Shown here piece by piece: positions 62,301 through 64,000 of a stretch of 64,000 nt of DNA (positions are counted from its first letter, which is position 1; each line of letters opens with the position of its first letter). Position numbers and translations under genes: made by a program. The notes below the pieces were generated by a model. That model saw only the letters and a program-made list of their open reading frames with translations, was not told the origin of the DNA and searched no databases. Source of the DNA: Yuukianura sp. NJ FZ-2021 (Eukaryota); NCBI GenBank assembly GCA_046563655.1, contig CM102290.1:1240001-1304000 (forward strand). Direction: 5' to 3'.

Positions 62301-64000
62301 TTAAAAGTTTAGTAGGAAAATCACTCTTTCTAATCAACTAAATTCCAAATTCCAAAAAGTTAAAAGTTTAGTAGGAAAATCACTCTTTCTAATCAACTAA
62401 ATTCCAAATTCCAAAAAGTTAAAAGTTTAGTAGGAAAATCACTCTTTCTAATCAACTAAATTCCAAATTCCAAAAAGTTAAAAGTTTAGTAGGAAAATCA
62501 CTCTTTCTAATCAACTAAATTCCAAATTCCAAAACGTTAAAAGTTTAGTAGGAAAATCACTCTTTCTAATCAACTAAATTCCAAATTCCAAAACGTTAAA
62601 AGTTTAGTAGGAAAATCACTCTTTCTAATCAACTAAATTCCAAATTCCAAAAAGTTAAAAGTTTAGTAGGAAAATCACTCTTTCTAATCAACTAAATTCC
62701 AAATTCCAAAAAGTTAAAAGTTTAGTAGGAAAATCACTCTTTCTAATCAACTAAATTCCAAATTCCAAAAAGTTAAAAGTTTAGTAGGAAAATCACTCTT
62801 TCTAATCAACTAAATTCCAAATTCCAAAAAGTTAAAAGTTTAGTAGGAAAATCACTCTTTCTAATCAACTAAATTCCAAATTCCAAAAAGTTAAAAGTTT
62901 AGTAGGAAAATCACTCTTTCTAATCAACTAAATTCCAAATTCCAAAAAGTTAAAAGTTTAGTAGGAAAATCACTCTTTCTAATCAACTAAATTCCAAATT
63001 CCAAAAAGTTAAAAGTTTAGTAGGAAAATCACTCTTTCTAATCAACTAAATTCCAAATTCCAAAAAGTTAAAAGTTTAGTAGGAAAATCACTCTTTCTAA
63101 TCAACTAAATTCCAAATTCCAAAAAGTTAAAAGTTTAGTAGGAAAATCACTCTTTCTAATCAACTAAATTCCAAATTCCAAAAAGTTAAAAGTTTAGTAG
63201 GAAAATCACTCTTTCTAATCAACTAAATTCCAAATTCCAAAAAGTTAAAAGTTTAGTAGGAAAATCACTCTTTCTAATCAACTAAATTCCAAATTCCAAA
63301 AAGTTAAAAGTTTAGTAGGAAAATCACTCTTTCTAATCAACTAAATTCCAAATTCCAAAAAGTTAAAAGTTTAGTAGGAAAATCACTCTTTCTAATCAAC
63401 TAAATTCCAAATTCCAAAAAGTTAAAAGTTTAGTAGGAAAATCACTCTTTCTAATCAACTAAATTCCAAATTCCAAAAAGTTAAAAGTTTAGTAGGAAAA
63501 TCACTCTTTCTAATCAACTAAATTCCAAATTCCAAAAAGTTAAAAGTTTAGTAGGAAAATCACTCTTTCTAATCAACTAAATTCCAAATTCCAAAAAGTT
63601 AAAAGTTTAGTAGGAAAATCACTCTTTCTAATCAACTAAATTCCAAATTCCAAAAAGTTAAAAGTTTAGTAGGAAAATCACTCTTTCTAATCAACTAAAT
63701 TCCAAATTCCAAAAAGTTAAAAGTTTAGTAGGAAAATCACTCTTTCTAATCAACTAAATTCCAAATTCCAAAAAGTTAAAAGTTTAGTAGGAAAATCACT
63801 CTTTCTAATCAACTAAATTCCAAATTCCAAAAAGTTAAAAGTTTAGTAGGAAAATCACTCTTTCTAATCAACTAAATTCCAAATTCCAAAAAGTTAAAAG
63901 TTTAGTAGGAAAATCACTCTTTCTAATCAACTAAATTCCAAATTCCAAAAAGTTAAAAGTTTAGTAGGAAAATCACTCTTTCTAATCAACTAAATTCCAA
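50348..64000. repeat. 59-bp satellite array, ~230 monomers, continues past window end
   Basis: Monomer AGGAAAATCACTCTTTCTAATCAACTAAATTCCAAATTCCAAAAAGTTAAAAGTTTAGT (15/59 GC), head-to-tail with no spacers. First monomer is degenerate. Two 52-bp monomers near 51150 and 51555. Confidence 0.99.

Noticed and set aside
50348..64000. CRISPR array or canonical telomere
   Set aside because: No unique spacers and no cas genes in a eukaryotic context. No TTAGG/TTAGGG units, and the + strand has more C than G.

Overview
AT-rich eukaryotic (animal, probably arthropod) genomic DNA with three zones. (1) 1-26 kb has long-intron + strand genes: an unrecognised multi-exon gene and a 9-exon class A peptide GPCR. 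It is peppered with small non-autonomous DNA elements (CAAGG..CCTTG MITEs, hAT-like MITEs, a DINE/HINE-like element). (2) 30-48.4 kb is a compact cluster with mostly short introns: a short SPICE1-like gene (-), MSL2 (+), WDR82 (+) and ATR (-). (3) 48.9-64 kb is a stepwise transition from genes into repeat: a 29-bp minisatellite, a ~590-bp fold-back palindrome, then a 59-bp satellite array (~230 copies) that runs off the window. The array is heterogeneous with block duplications near the genes and almost invariant distally. Exon models were built by hand from GT/AG sites and reading-frame phase. Family calls rest on recalled motifs, not database searches.
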